Shown: positions 53,301 to 64,000 of the stretch, in pieces
Position numbering within the stretch: the stretch's first letter is position 1
Layout: every line of letters begins with the position of its first letter
Assembly: GCA_021613535.1 (NCBI GenBank)
Contig: CP075494.1
Coordinates: 16,740,001 to 16,804,000 of the forward strand
Source: Adineta vaga
Taxonomy: Eukaryota; Animalia; Rotifera
Length of the DNA stretch: 64,000 bases
Direction: 5' to 3'
Made by a program: the position numbers and the translations under genes
Notes under the pieces: model-generated
The model's database searches: none
What the model was told of the DNA's origin: nothing
Seen by the model: the letters and a program-made list of their open reading frames with translations, nothing else

Positions 53301-54400
53301 GTTTAGGTTTAAACAATAATACATTTGGAACACAAATGTCTTATTTCCTTGGTACTGATTATCATCCACAATATGTTATTACATTTGATATTAATAACGA
53401 TTATCAACTAGATATAGTAACTGTTAACTCACATAATGATAGTATTAGTATGATTCTAGGATTAGGTAATGGAAATTTTACAGGTCAAAGAACGTATTCT
53501 ACTGGAATTGGTTCACATCCATCTGCAATTGCCGTTGCAGATGTAAATAATGATACTCGATGGGATTTTGTTATATCTAATACAGGTACTGATAATATTG
53601 GAATATTTATTGGATTTGATTATACTTCATTTCAAACTCAAACGACATATTCAAAATTAAATACTCAAGATTCATGGATCAGTGCTGTTGCTGATTTTAA
53701 TCATGATAATCATTCAGATATTGCCGTTATCTTCCAATACAGTAATGTTGTAGCTATTCTTCTTGGATTTGGCAATGGAACTTTCAATGATATGATTACT
53801 TTTTCAACTGGAAACAAGTCAGCTCCGACTTCTTTAACAATTGGTGATTTAAATAATGATACCAATATAGACATAGCTGTGAGTAATTCATATACTAGCA
53901 ATATAGCTATTTTTCTCGGATTGGGTAATGGAAGCTTTGCTACTATGATAACGTTTTCAACTGGAACTAATTCCCTACCTAATTCGATCGTTATTGCAGA
54001 TTTTAATAATGACCATTATTTAGATATATTAGTGGCTAATTTGGGTACTAATAATGTCGGCATTTTAATAGGATATGGGAATGGAACATTTGGTACTATA
54101 GTGACTTATTCAACTGGAGATGGTTCAATTCCATATTCAATTATTGTAGGTGATTTCAATACAGATAACAACATTGATATTGTTGTAATTAATTCTGGTA
54201 CATACAATATGGGCATTTTTCTAGGTTATGGCAATGGAAGTTTTGTTGATCAGGTTACTTATTCTACTGATGTTTACTCTCAAATATATTATGGAACTGT
54301 TGGTGATTTTAATAATGACAAGAAACTTGATATCGCTATTGCTATTCTTAATCATGCTAATATTTGTATTTTTCTTGGTGATGGTAATGGTTCGTTTTCT
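50370..54400 (+). pseudogene. FG-GAP/VCBS-repeat membrane-anchored protein, disrupted and 3'-truncated
   Basis: Many DFNND..LDI.V.N.G...IGIFLGYGNGSF....YSTG..P repeats, preceded by short exons including a TM segment (~50630-50700). Frameshifts and stops near 51320, 51768, 52000, 52451 and 53096. Repeats end abruptly at ~54400. Confidence 0.85.
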
Positions 54401-54619
54401 AGTACGGAAGAGAAAGACGTGCGTGGAAGTCAGTTAACGCGCACTGAGTGACGACCTGAAGGATTACACTAGCTGAGACAGGGCGAAAAAGGAGGGTGTG
54501 AGGAGTTTTTATACACGACAGGTAAATACCAACGAAGAGATCCAGTGGGTGATGAGAAGAGCACTGTTGTAGATGGAAAACGTATATTGTGTCCTCTTAG
54601 CAGCGGGTATCTCCGCTAG
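54400..54619 (+). mobile_element. Helitron-like 3' end fragment
   Basis: GC-richer segment ending gcagcgggtatctccgCTAG|t. The same 16-mer gtatctccgctagtaa recurs at 46817-46832. Confidence 0.5.
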
Positions 54620-55767
54620 TAATTATAGAAAATTATAATAATACATTTAATGAACATAGTATGGTAACTAACGATGATTATATGTTCATAAATAGAATAT
54701 CTACAAATGAATATATGAGATCAACTTGATTGTCGTAATTAAAATCATTAGTAATAATATTAATACTATTGTAAGTTATTGTATTCAAACTATGATTCAT
54801 GAATTTATTTTTTATTAAAACAATATAGAAAAATAAAAATTATTTTATTTTATTTTGATAATAATATCGTCGAATTCATGATGAAATATAAAGATAAATA
54901 CATTCTAATATCTATGTGTAACAATGATTGTAAACATTGATATTCTTAGTTATTATTTTGCAACAAATAGTTGCAGAAAAGACAAAAAATGGTGTCCAAG
55001 TATAAATCCTTTGAGCTTTTATTCTGACATTTGAATATATATATTTCTCTTTCATTCCCAATTCAGTTAATTTTACAAAACAAAAATTTTCTAAAAATAC
55101 AGTAGTAATGTTGAGTTCGAAGAGGAATAAATAACAAATTTCTAATTGATTATTTAGCAAAATTCATTCAGCAGAAAAAATAATTGTTATAAGGATCTGA
55201 ACATTTTATTAAAAACATCGAGAAAAGCTGATGACAAACTCACATTAGAGACTGTATGATCTATGGTAGACGTCGATAAAAATATGAAATACGAAGAAAA
55301 TGTTTCCATTATTCATACTTACACCCACAGTCTCACCATCATCTACCATTTGAGAGTTGATTATTACTTGAAGTTCTATGTTTATGAATCCTGATATTTT
55401 TTGGCGTGTTCACGAGTCATGACTTTTTCTTGGAGATTGTTGAGTAGAAAAACATTGTTGTCTGCATTCACTATTTATGCATATGTACCATTACGACCCA
55501 AAACAGTACCTCTTTGGTAAACAATGAAAATGTTTTTCAATGTAGAATAAGTGAATTGTTTAGTTTAGAGAAAAAAAGAAATTGTTTTGTTTTGTTTTGC
55601 ATTTGTATTTAAATTTCATAAGAAGAGACGTTTTTTTTTCATTTCCTTGAAAAATTCTGTATATTGAATTTGCTACGTGGGCGATCAAGAATAAAAGTTT
55701 TTCTATTATTTTATTATTATACACAAACCAAGATAAAATTACATTTTAACTTCAATTAGTTTCAAAG

Positions 55768-58500
55768 ATGAACAGTCGAAAACAACGACAAGCTGTAACA
55801 CCCATTAAAGATAAAGTTTGTTAATAAGTTTCTATATTCTTCTTATTCTTCCTTTTTTTTTATCAACAGAATTCAAATCAAATTATTCAAGAACATGTTA
55901 TTAAAAATACTGAGGCAGCAAATGTCTTAGTTGCTGAATATGGTGTTATTCATAAAGAAAAGCCTATATCATGTTGGAAACATGATTTAATTATACCACG
56001 ATGGCTTTTGTTAACATTAGTTTCATTAGCAATTCTTGCTATGACTGTATTTTTAGTTTTTGTAACAATTGTTACATTAAAAAAAGAATCTAATGGTGGT
56101 CCATGTAAAATAAACAGTGATTGTCGACAAGATTTAGGTTTAATGTGTAATAATTATCGTTGTGGATGTGCTTATTCACATTTTTGGAGTGAAACATATA
56201 AAACTTGTGAACGAAGACGAATGATTAATCGAACATGTTACAATGATTCCGAATGTGATATTCTTGCAAATTTACAATGTTTTAATGTAACACTTACGTA
56301 AGAAAATTATCATAAAAAATTTTGATTTTATTTTTCTATAAAAAGTTTTTTTTTTAGAAATGGAAATATTCAACTTCAATGTCAATGTAAAGCTTCATTA
56401 AACTGGAATGGGCTTATGGTAAATTGAGAGAAATTAAATATAAAGTATTGAATCTATTGATATTTATTCTAGTGCACTGATCAACAATTATATCATTATG
56501 GATGTATTAGCAATGATAATTGTGATACAACACGATATTTATATTGTGATGCTTCAATAAGTAACAAGTGTAATTGTAATTCATCGATGTTTTGGAATGG
56601 AGAAATAAAAGGTGGAGTTGGAACATCGGGTACATGTGAATACAAAAGAACAGTTAATCAATATTGTTATCCATATGATGATAGTTGGTGTGATGATACA
56701 GGTCCAATGGGTCAAGGTCTTAAATGTGCTCGATATTCAAATCCATATGGAAGTGAATATGGTAAGATAAAGAATTAAATTTAATGAAAATAAAATTAAT
56801 TTTACTTAGGTATTTGTCAATGTGATTCAAATCAATTTTATAATGGTACAACTTCATTAGCTAATGGTTATTGTGAGCCACATCGTGATTATGGCAAGTC
56901 ATGTGTAGCAACATCAAATTGTGATTTTCGAAAGAATTTAATATGTACAAACAATCTTTGTCTATGTACATCGGGTTATAATTATGACTCAACAATTGTT
57001 GTTACTCCCGGTGTTACAGGTTATTGTACAGCAGCTGCAACTTATTATGATAATTGTACATCAGTTATTAAATGTAGTACATCACAAAAACTTTACTGTG
57101 ATTATACAACATGGAGTTTACCTTCAGTAGGTCGATGTTTATGTAATTCAAGTACATCATTTTGGGATGGTAGCATATGTGCTGATAAATTAACAATTGG
57201 TGGTGTATGTACAACAAATACAGAATGTAATTCTGCAGATAGTTTATTTTGTAGTAATTATACTCAATCAATTGGTACTTGTGATTGTGATAAAAACCAT
57301 TTTTGGAATTATACTTGTATTATAAAACAATTATTTAATACAAGTTGTACATCATCATATGTTTGTGATGATAATCGTGGTTTATTTTGTCAAGGTACAG
57401 GTGGCGCTCTTTTTCAAAAATGTGATTGTTTTAATATTAGTTTTGTTTGGGATTCATTATATGTGACTAATCATTCACAAAAATGTGTATTAAAAATGGG
57501 ACACGGTCAATCAACATGTTTTGGTGATCTTGAATGTCAAGATTATCGATATTTAAAATGTATGAATGGAACATGTTTATGTAATTATGATCTATATTGG
57601 GATGGAAATGTTTGTCAAGATAAACGTAATTGGACAGTTGGATGTACAAATACATATGAATGTAGAGATTTTTCACCAGTCAACTTAGTTTGTACAGAAA
57701 CGTCTCCTGGATCGGGCATGAAGGCATGCCTTTGTAATGATTCAGCGTATTGGGAAAAGTGTACACAAACATGTCTTATTGCGAAAAATGTATGAAATAA
57801 ATACAATTTTTACTTTATTGATTTATTTTTTGTTTAGCGTCATGAACCATGTACATTAGTATCAAACTGCACAACGGATCAATGTTTGAAAAAAGCAAAT
57901 TTACAATGTATAAATGATTCAGTTTCGAATCAAACAGGTTCTGGTTGGTGGTATGTATCAAAGATTTTCTCATTTAAATGAAATGAAAAAAATTTATTTA
58001 TTTATTTTTTAGTAATTGTACGAGTATACAATGGTGGAATGGAACATATTGTCGTGACAAAGGTATACCATCATGGGGTGTTAATGCAAGTGCTGCATGT
58101 AATGCAACATATCAATGTGCTGATTACAATTTAGTTTCATGTCCATTTGGTTCAAGCTCAGTAACATCAGTTGCTACATGCGAATGTGCGACAACAAAAT
58201 ATTGGGTATAGAAATTAATTATATATGATTGAGTTCAAATTATTATTATTATTATTATTATTATGATTATTTTTGAATACTTTCTAGAATGGAATTACTT
58301 GTATAGATCGAGTGCTGGAAAGTCAACCTTGTATAGATTGGACATTTAATCCAGTGAATACGTCAACATGTTTAACTGCAGCTGGAGCAGGGTTAAAGTG
58401 CACTCATGCGGTCGATTATAACAATGGTACATATTCAGGAGTGTGTCGGTGTCCGTCTACCACGAATTGGAATTCAACGTTTTCTATATGTGTCGCTTAG
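55768..58500 (+). CDS. Type II membrane protein with many Cys-rich EB-module/EGF-like repeats; multi-exon
   Basis: TM segment WLLLTLVSLAILAMTVFLVFVTIV followed by repeated C...C....L.C....C.C....[YF]W....C units across short GT-AG introns. Confidence 0.82.
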
Positions 58501-58883
58501 GGTCCTGCATCGGGATTTTTTTGGGATTGAATATTTTTGAAAAAGAAACTCGAGCCTAATTCTTCAATGGTTTTAGAGACGTGCAATCAACAAAGGAGAC
58601 GATTCTGTATCGGACCATCGTATTTTCGAATCTCACTCAAATTCCTTCGCAGGAGAAATATCAGCGGGAGTACAAAAACCTGTTTAAACCCGAAAAATCG
58701 GAATTTTCTTATCCCGTTGATATTACTTCTGCGACGGAATTTGATTAAGATCCGAAAATACAATGATACGACACAGAATTTCATGCTCTATTCATCGGAC
58801 ACCTTTAAAACCATCTCAGAGTTAGACTCGAGTTTCTTTTCTAAAAATACTGAATCCCGAAAAAATCCCGATGTAGGACCCTA
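58498..58883. mobile_element. Palindromic MITE (MULE-like) with long TIRs
   Basis: tagggtcctgcatcgggatttttt / aaaaatcccgatgtaggacccta, with the inverted match extending inward (gaaactcgag/ctcgagtttc). 9-bp near-TSD tgtgtcgct / cgtgccgct. Confidence 0.85.
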
Positions 58884-59100
58884 CGTGCCGCTCCATCTGT
58901 TTCACCAGGCGGCTAACGAAGATGTAACAAAAGCTTTTTCAGCCATTTTTCAACTGAACGTTTTTTTGCATCGAAGAATCTAAGAGACTTTTTCAAATAA
59001 AATCTCATATGTAATACTCGTAAATTCACATTGAAAATCTTATCATTTACTTGAAAAATACAATAGAATCAAACATGTATAAATCTGCCAATCTGACATA

Positions 59101-59156
59101 TAGGGTGTGGGTATATCTTCTTCACTCTCATCCATACCCACACCCACACCCTTTTC
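59101..59156. repeat. Telomere-like palindromic junction motif
   Basis: agggtgtgggtat ... catacccacacccacaccct. Confidence 0.85.
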
Positions 59157-59501
59157 ATACACAACTTATAAATGTTTCAAGTGCTTCCGAGGACGTGTGG
59201 GGTTTATGTCTAATGTAAACTCACCAACAGTACGGAGTTTATAATTATTAATGTATTTTTAGATAATGAAGAGTGTTAAAATGTTCATCGACAATTCTTT
59301 TTAATGATGAATTATGAGATAAAAAGAATATCCTTTTTTTTGTATTTTAATGATCTTGAAGTTCGCGATTGAATTAATAATGAATGATGATAAAAGAGAA
59401 ATAAACAATATAAATTTTATCTGATCTATCTTCATATAAAAATTTGTTATTCTATTTTTTAAATTTTGCACGATAGTCGTATTTATAAGCGAATTAATAA
59501 A

Positions 59502-60443
59502 ATGCCAAGTATTGATGAAGTTTCACCTATATGGGTAAATATCGAATTTTCCCTCTTTGTTTTTGGAGAAGTAATGGCTTTTCCTTGTTACATCTTTGTA
59601 TTATATCATCTATTAGCAACAAAAAATGCACGTCAACTCATTCCGAATCATGCGATTGTTATTATGTTAGTTTTCAATTGGATTCATCTCTCCATTGATT
59701 TATCAATGACAACAAATTTTTTACGATTGAGATATGTATCACCTTTTCATCCTATTCTATGTGGTTTGCAACAATTTGTGGATTATGGAATTTGGTATGG
59801 TGCTATTTTTATTATGCTTTGGATATCAATCGAACGACATATTGTCATATTTCATTCAAGTTTAATTAGAACAACTCGTTCTTGTCTAATATTTCATTAT
59901 TTACCGCTCATCGTTTTTACTCTCTATGCACCAAGCTTATATTTTTATTTAATAGTTCTCTATCCTTGCGAGCGTCTTTATGACGATAGATATAATTTAT
60001 GCGGTGGTGTATGTTTCTATACAACTATATCATCATGGTATATTTGGTATGAATCAACTGTAAATTATGTTATTCCAATATTACTCATCGTTGTACTTAG
60101 TTTTGCTCTTCTTGTTCGTGTTTTTTTACAGAAACGTCGTTTACAACGAAATGTCGGATGGCATCGACATTGGAAAATGATCATACAATTTATTGTTATA
60201 TGTTCAATGTATCTTATATTTGATCTTCCTTATATTATTATTATGATTATTCAATGGGCAGGAATTCGTAATTTTGGCAATTCTTTTGCATCACCATATA
60301 TAACACATTTAACATATGTTCCAGCTATTGTTTTACCATTTGCCACTCTTGTAACATTGCCCGATGTAACGAAGAAATTTCATGCCTTGTTTATTTGGAA
60401 AAAGAATCAACGAAATATTGTACCGACGACTGTAAACATTTAA
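59502..60443 (+). CDS. Class A (rhodopsin-like) GPCR, intronless
   Basis: Seven hydrophobic segments, Cys before TM3, ISIERH (DRY equivalent), F.LPY in TM6. ATG at 59502 (MPSIDEV). Confidence 0.85.
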   Translation: MPSIDEVSPIWVNIEFSLFVFGEVMAFPCYIFVLYHLLATKNARQLIPNHAIVIMLVFNWIHLSIDLSMTTNFLRLRYVSPFHPILCGLQQFVDYGIWYGAIFIMLWISIERHIVIFHSSLIRTTRSCLIFHYLPLIVFTLYAPSLYFYLIVLYPCERLYDDRYNLCGGVCFYTTISSWYIWYESTVNYVIPILLIVVLSFALLVRVFLQKRRLQRNVGWHRHWKMIIQFIVICSMYLIFDLPYIIIMIIQWAGIRNFGNSFASPYITHLTYVPAIVLPFATLVTLPDVTKKFHALFIWKKNQRNIVPTTVNI

Positions 60444-63400
60444 GTACTATATCCATTTGAGATTGAACTATCGTATTATTGTTTTACTTTTTTTTCTCGA
60501 ATTTATTTAAGTTTTTGATGTTAACATGTAATCTTTTTATTTCGTCTTAATTATTATAACCATCTAAATAAACGTAAATTTTCTCTTTTCACTTTTCTAT
60601 CTCTTTCTTTATACCAGAAGTGAAACTTGACGAAAATAAAATCGAGAGATTTTGAAATAAAGATATCGTTAATAATCAAGAACAAATTTTGTGTTTACAC
60701 GATGTTTATTCATATGTTTGATGTGTAGTGTTAACTTTGAATCTTTCCTAATTTTTCGTTTGATTCAGTTCCATATTTATAATTTTCATCTTTGTATCTG
60801 ATAAATAAACATGCACAACATATAACAGAAATAAATATTAGTTAGACGAAGACGCTTCTCACAATAAGAGACACAGCGAGAGAAATAAAAATTATGTGAA
60901 TGAATGAAGAGTAACGAATATAATTGAGTTGAACATTAATCTTGAATGATTAGATAGGAAGCGATATACATGAGAGAAATAAGAGAAGGAAAAAAAGAAA
61001 TAAAGAGAGGATCGCTAATATTCCTGTTAGCGATAGTATATTATCGCTACTCTCCTTTTTCTTCTGCTCACTTGAGAGAATGTTATCTGCCATAAAGTTT
61101 GATATCGATATAGAAATCGACAGAAAAAAAGTAAACGTTATCTTATGTTGCGTGTCTTTTCAATAGTCTGTTTTTTTGCAAATATGAAATTCTTCTTATA
61201 TTCTCTTGTATCTCTTTTTCAAGTCATAATAAAAGCTAATGAACTTAACCGTGCTCGTGACTCTATGTATCATTGGAACCGTTAAGAAGTTTTGAGTATA
61301 AGATTTAGCAAGAGCATCATGGAAATTGTAGGGAAAATAATCGGAACAGTGACGAGTCTAAAATCATTTTTGTTTAAAGGTTTGTGCGTTGTTCAGTAGT
61401 ACAGGTGAGATCTGTCGACAGAATTTTAGCAGAAATATGCGGATAAAAACGGAGTAGATAATGAGTGTGATTTTACCACTGGATATTCATATTCATCAAA
61501 CAGATTAAAGAACATTCCAAAAATATGAAAACCTATGGTAAATGAATGTGCTGTAACTATGACCACTCACAAAAAAGTAGCTCCTGTTTTCAGTTTCTTT
61601 TCCGGAACTGTATTAACATAAACTCGTTCCTTTTCAAAAGCGGAATTAAAGGAAATTCATATATTCCCTTCGAAAGTGATTAAAAACTAGAAGACATAAT
61701 GGAGAGTTATACTTTAAAGTATAGATTGAAATAAGTTTCAGGTACTTTGAACGATTCTTCGAAGGAACTTAATTGATGATCATGCGAGAATGAATCTGGC
61801 GCGTTACAATTTTCCTGAAAATAAAGAGGCAAATGAAGTGTATGCTCAAAACCATACACTTATGTAAATTGTCTATGTCTTTAATTATGAGTTGATCCAC
61901 CATAATGGGCTTTCTTTTTGCAACTGTGAAAATCTTCGCCTGACTGAAGAGATGAACATAGGAAAAAGACCATGTGCTTGTTAACGACTAGTCGTGAGTG
62001 GCAGACTAGACGTTTGTTTAAGAAACTTCTAGTAACTAAAATCTGTAGGGATTAATGAACTTTTAAGAAGTTTCAAGTACTTCAATGCATGAACTAAGGC
62101 AAATCTTTGTCGTATTTTTAGCGTGATGACCGACCGAGTTATATCCTTACAACAAAGGATCGGCATCAATTTCGATTCATAACTTGTTATCATTATTAAG
62201 AAACTGAAACTAACTTTTTATTATGCATAGAAGTTTTGATTCTCATTAAGAATTTTGTTGTAGAAGTGTTGCTTTGAATATAAGGTCTAGCGGGGTTTGC
62301 GTTGTGCTTCTTGTTATTCGAAATTTCTAAATATTCTGAGCACTGTTATATTTCTTTCAGAAAATAGTCAGCGAATCCGAAGGGTGAGCCTTACTTGTGA
62401 GCTATAAGATAAACAAGTTCAGTTAATTATTAGGACGTAAATGGTCCGTCCGGCGTCGTCGATGGAACAGACTAAAACAATTACTGGTGAATAATATTCA
62501 ATACAATAATGAAATAATTCTTAACACAATAAAAGAACATTTCCTCAGAAGATATTACAAATCAATATCTACGTAATATTTAAGCACTTTTGTCATAATT
62601 GAAGTCTATATGACACGGCCATATTCTTATATACATGATTTATATCATTAAGTAGCTTACCAATAATAATATATCCTGATTATTAACTCGAACATTTAGT
62701 AGAAAATATCTACATGACTTATAAAACATAGGATTGAAATAAAAAATTAAAGTTTTGATGAATTCGCACTTTTTCCTCAAATAATAATTCGTAAAACCCA
62801 CTGTCATTGATATCGTATGCTATCACCTAGTATATGAAATACTTTGAGAATAATATATATATATAAATAAATCGATATATCTGTATGATAAGATGTGCAA
62901 GTATTTGTTGGAATACTACTGTCATGAAAATTTTTACAAATTCGCATTAGGATTGAGATACCGCGTTCTTCTTAACATTAAGATTGAGTTAAGCTCTCGT
63001 CGATGATCAGTGTATTTCCTAAATATTTATTCAAATTAATAAATGTAAGGATAGAAAACGAACACTAATGAAGGTATTTTATATTAAAGCATTTTACACA
63101 ACATGATCGTGTTGTGACTTTCACACACATAATGTAAACATAAAATTCACAATAATTTGGAGAAAAGGACTAAAGAAAACATGTGTGTTAGTGATCTGTC
63201 ATACACAACACATGATTTTTATTTTCGGTAAATGAAGGTCAAAAGCATGTCTGTCGATTTATATTCATCGTTTCACAGCACATTGATAAACAATGAATGC
63301 AAACACTACTTTGCTTTAAGTACTGGCTTCCCACTTTCTCTTTTTCTCTTTTTCTTTTGAGAAAATATTTGCTTGACGTATTTTTTCCCCTTTTTTCTCA

Positions 63401-63711
63401 AAAAACTTAAATATTACTTAATATAAGTCTGTAACAAATGCGAAGTAGTGATGTGAACAAGAAAGTTCAGAATAAAATCAAAAAAAAGAGAAAAGAAAAA
63501 CAGAGGAAAAAGAGGAGTAGTGAGATGCCAGCTTTAAGCATGGTCAAACAATTGTTTACTTGACTACGATAATATTATGTGGCATATTGGTTTCTTCTAA
63601 CTACATTCTATGAAAAAATTGCTTCGAACAAAAAAAACGCATTTGTTTTTCATTCTTGACTTTGTACGTGTGAGTTGTTGCGATTTCGATCATTTTTTTT
63701 CTTGTATGTAA

Positions 63712-64000
63712 ATGGCGACTGGTAAGTGCGAAAAATTTCGCGTTGGTCGTGAATTCCTAGAAAGTGTTTTATGGCCTTTCGCGATGCGGAAACCCGATCA
63801 TGATCGATGTTATTGTAATCAATGTTATCCAGCTACTCTCTCAAACACATTGACTGTCGCTGGTTATACGAATGTCATTCCACGTGGATGGACTCGTTTT
63901 GCTGTTTCTGTTGACGAAGCTTTCTTCAATCATCATGATGTATGGAAAAAATGGCTTAACTGTTATCATGGAACAAGTATTGAGAGTGCAAAATCTTGTG
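63712..64000 (+). CDS. NEURL4-like ADP-ribosyltransferase (PARP-like) domain protein; runs off the window end and is absent from the ORF track
   Basis: Open frame MATGKCEKF...HDRCYCNQCY...IPRGWTRFAV...VWKKWLNCYHGTS. CxCxxC, P.GW.RF and W...YHGT resemble the C-terminal ART-like domain of NEURL4. Confidence 0.7.
   Translation, partial: MATGKCEKFRVGREFLESVLWPFAMRKPDHDRCYCNQCYPATLSNTLTVAGYTNVIPRGWTRFAVSVDEAFFNHHDVWKKWLNCYHGTSIESAKSC

Noticed and set aside
58537-58983. 148-aa ORF
   Set aside because: Lies almost entirely within the palindromic MITE.
6927-59156. GGGTGTGGG motifs as a CRISPR array or a true telomere
   Set aside because: Copies are kilobases apart, degenerate and palindromic, with no regular repeat-spacer period, no cas genes and no long tandem hexamer tract.
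6927-59156. A bona fide bacterial integron
   Set aside because: No tyrosine recombinase in the window, no RYYYAAC/GTTRRRY cores, and the genes have introns and mixed orientation. Only the architectural analogy is retained.
60500-63650. Possible degraded transposon or gene remnants
   Set aside because: I could not identify an ORF, terminal repeat or motif that would support a call.
1-64000. Bacterial contamination explaining the bacterial-type genes
   Set aside because: They are interleaved with intron-rich metazoan genes, two carry spliceosomal introns, and there is no operon structure.

Overview
This is AT-rich eukaryotic (animal) genomic DNA with short GT-AG introns. The gene content and style (innexin, FG-GAP/VCBS and NHL repeats, expanded GPCR/EB-module/VLIG families, several bacterial-type enzymes) point to a bdelloid rotifer; that assignment is inferred, not proven. 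Coding content: an intron-containing CqsA/LqsA-like autoinducer synthase with a candidate mitochondrial presequence, an innexin, a CmcI-family methyltransferase, a membrane protein built of three repeated phase-1 exons, a secreted beta-lactamase-family hydrolase, a CAP/SCP protein, a VLIG-GTPase-VWA pseudogene, a small Cys-rich protein, an MLKL-N-like remnant, a degenerate JmjN/JmjC-RRM gene, ORF1-like and hAT remnants, a Pro/Gly-rich secreted peptide precursor, NHL and FG-GAP pseudogenes, a Cys-rich EB-module membrane protein, a class A GPCR, and the start of a NEURL4-like ADP-ribosyltransferase-fold gene. Several MITEs and Helitron-like pieces are also present. The most striking unexplained structure is about 19 copies of a telomere-like motif, often as a short imperfect palindrome ((A)TCTTGAGGGTGTGGG ... 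variable spacer ... CCCACACCCTCAAGA(T)). These cut the window into roughly one-gene modules and several times sit where a gene breaks off and unrelated DNA begins, like a cassette array with attC-like or telomere-fusion-like joints.
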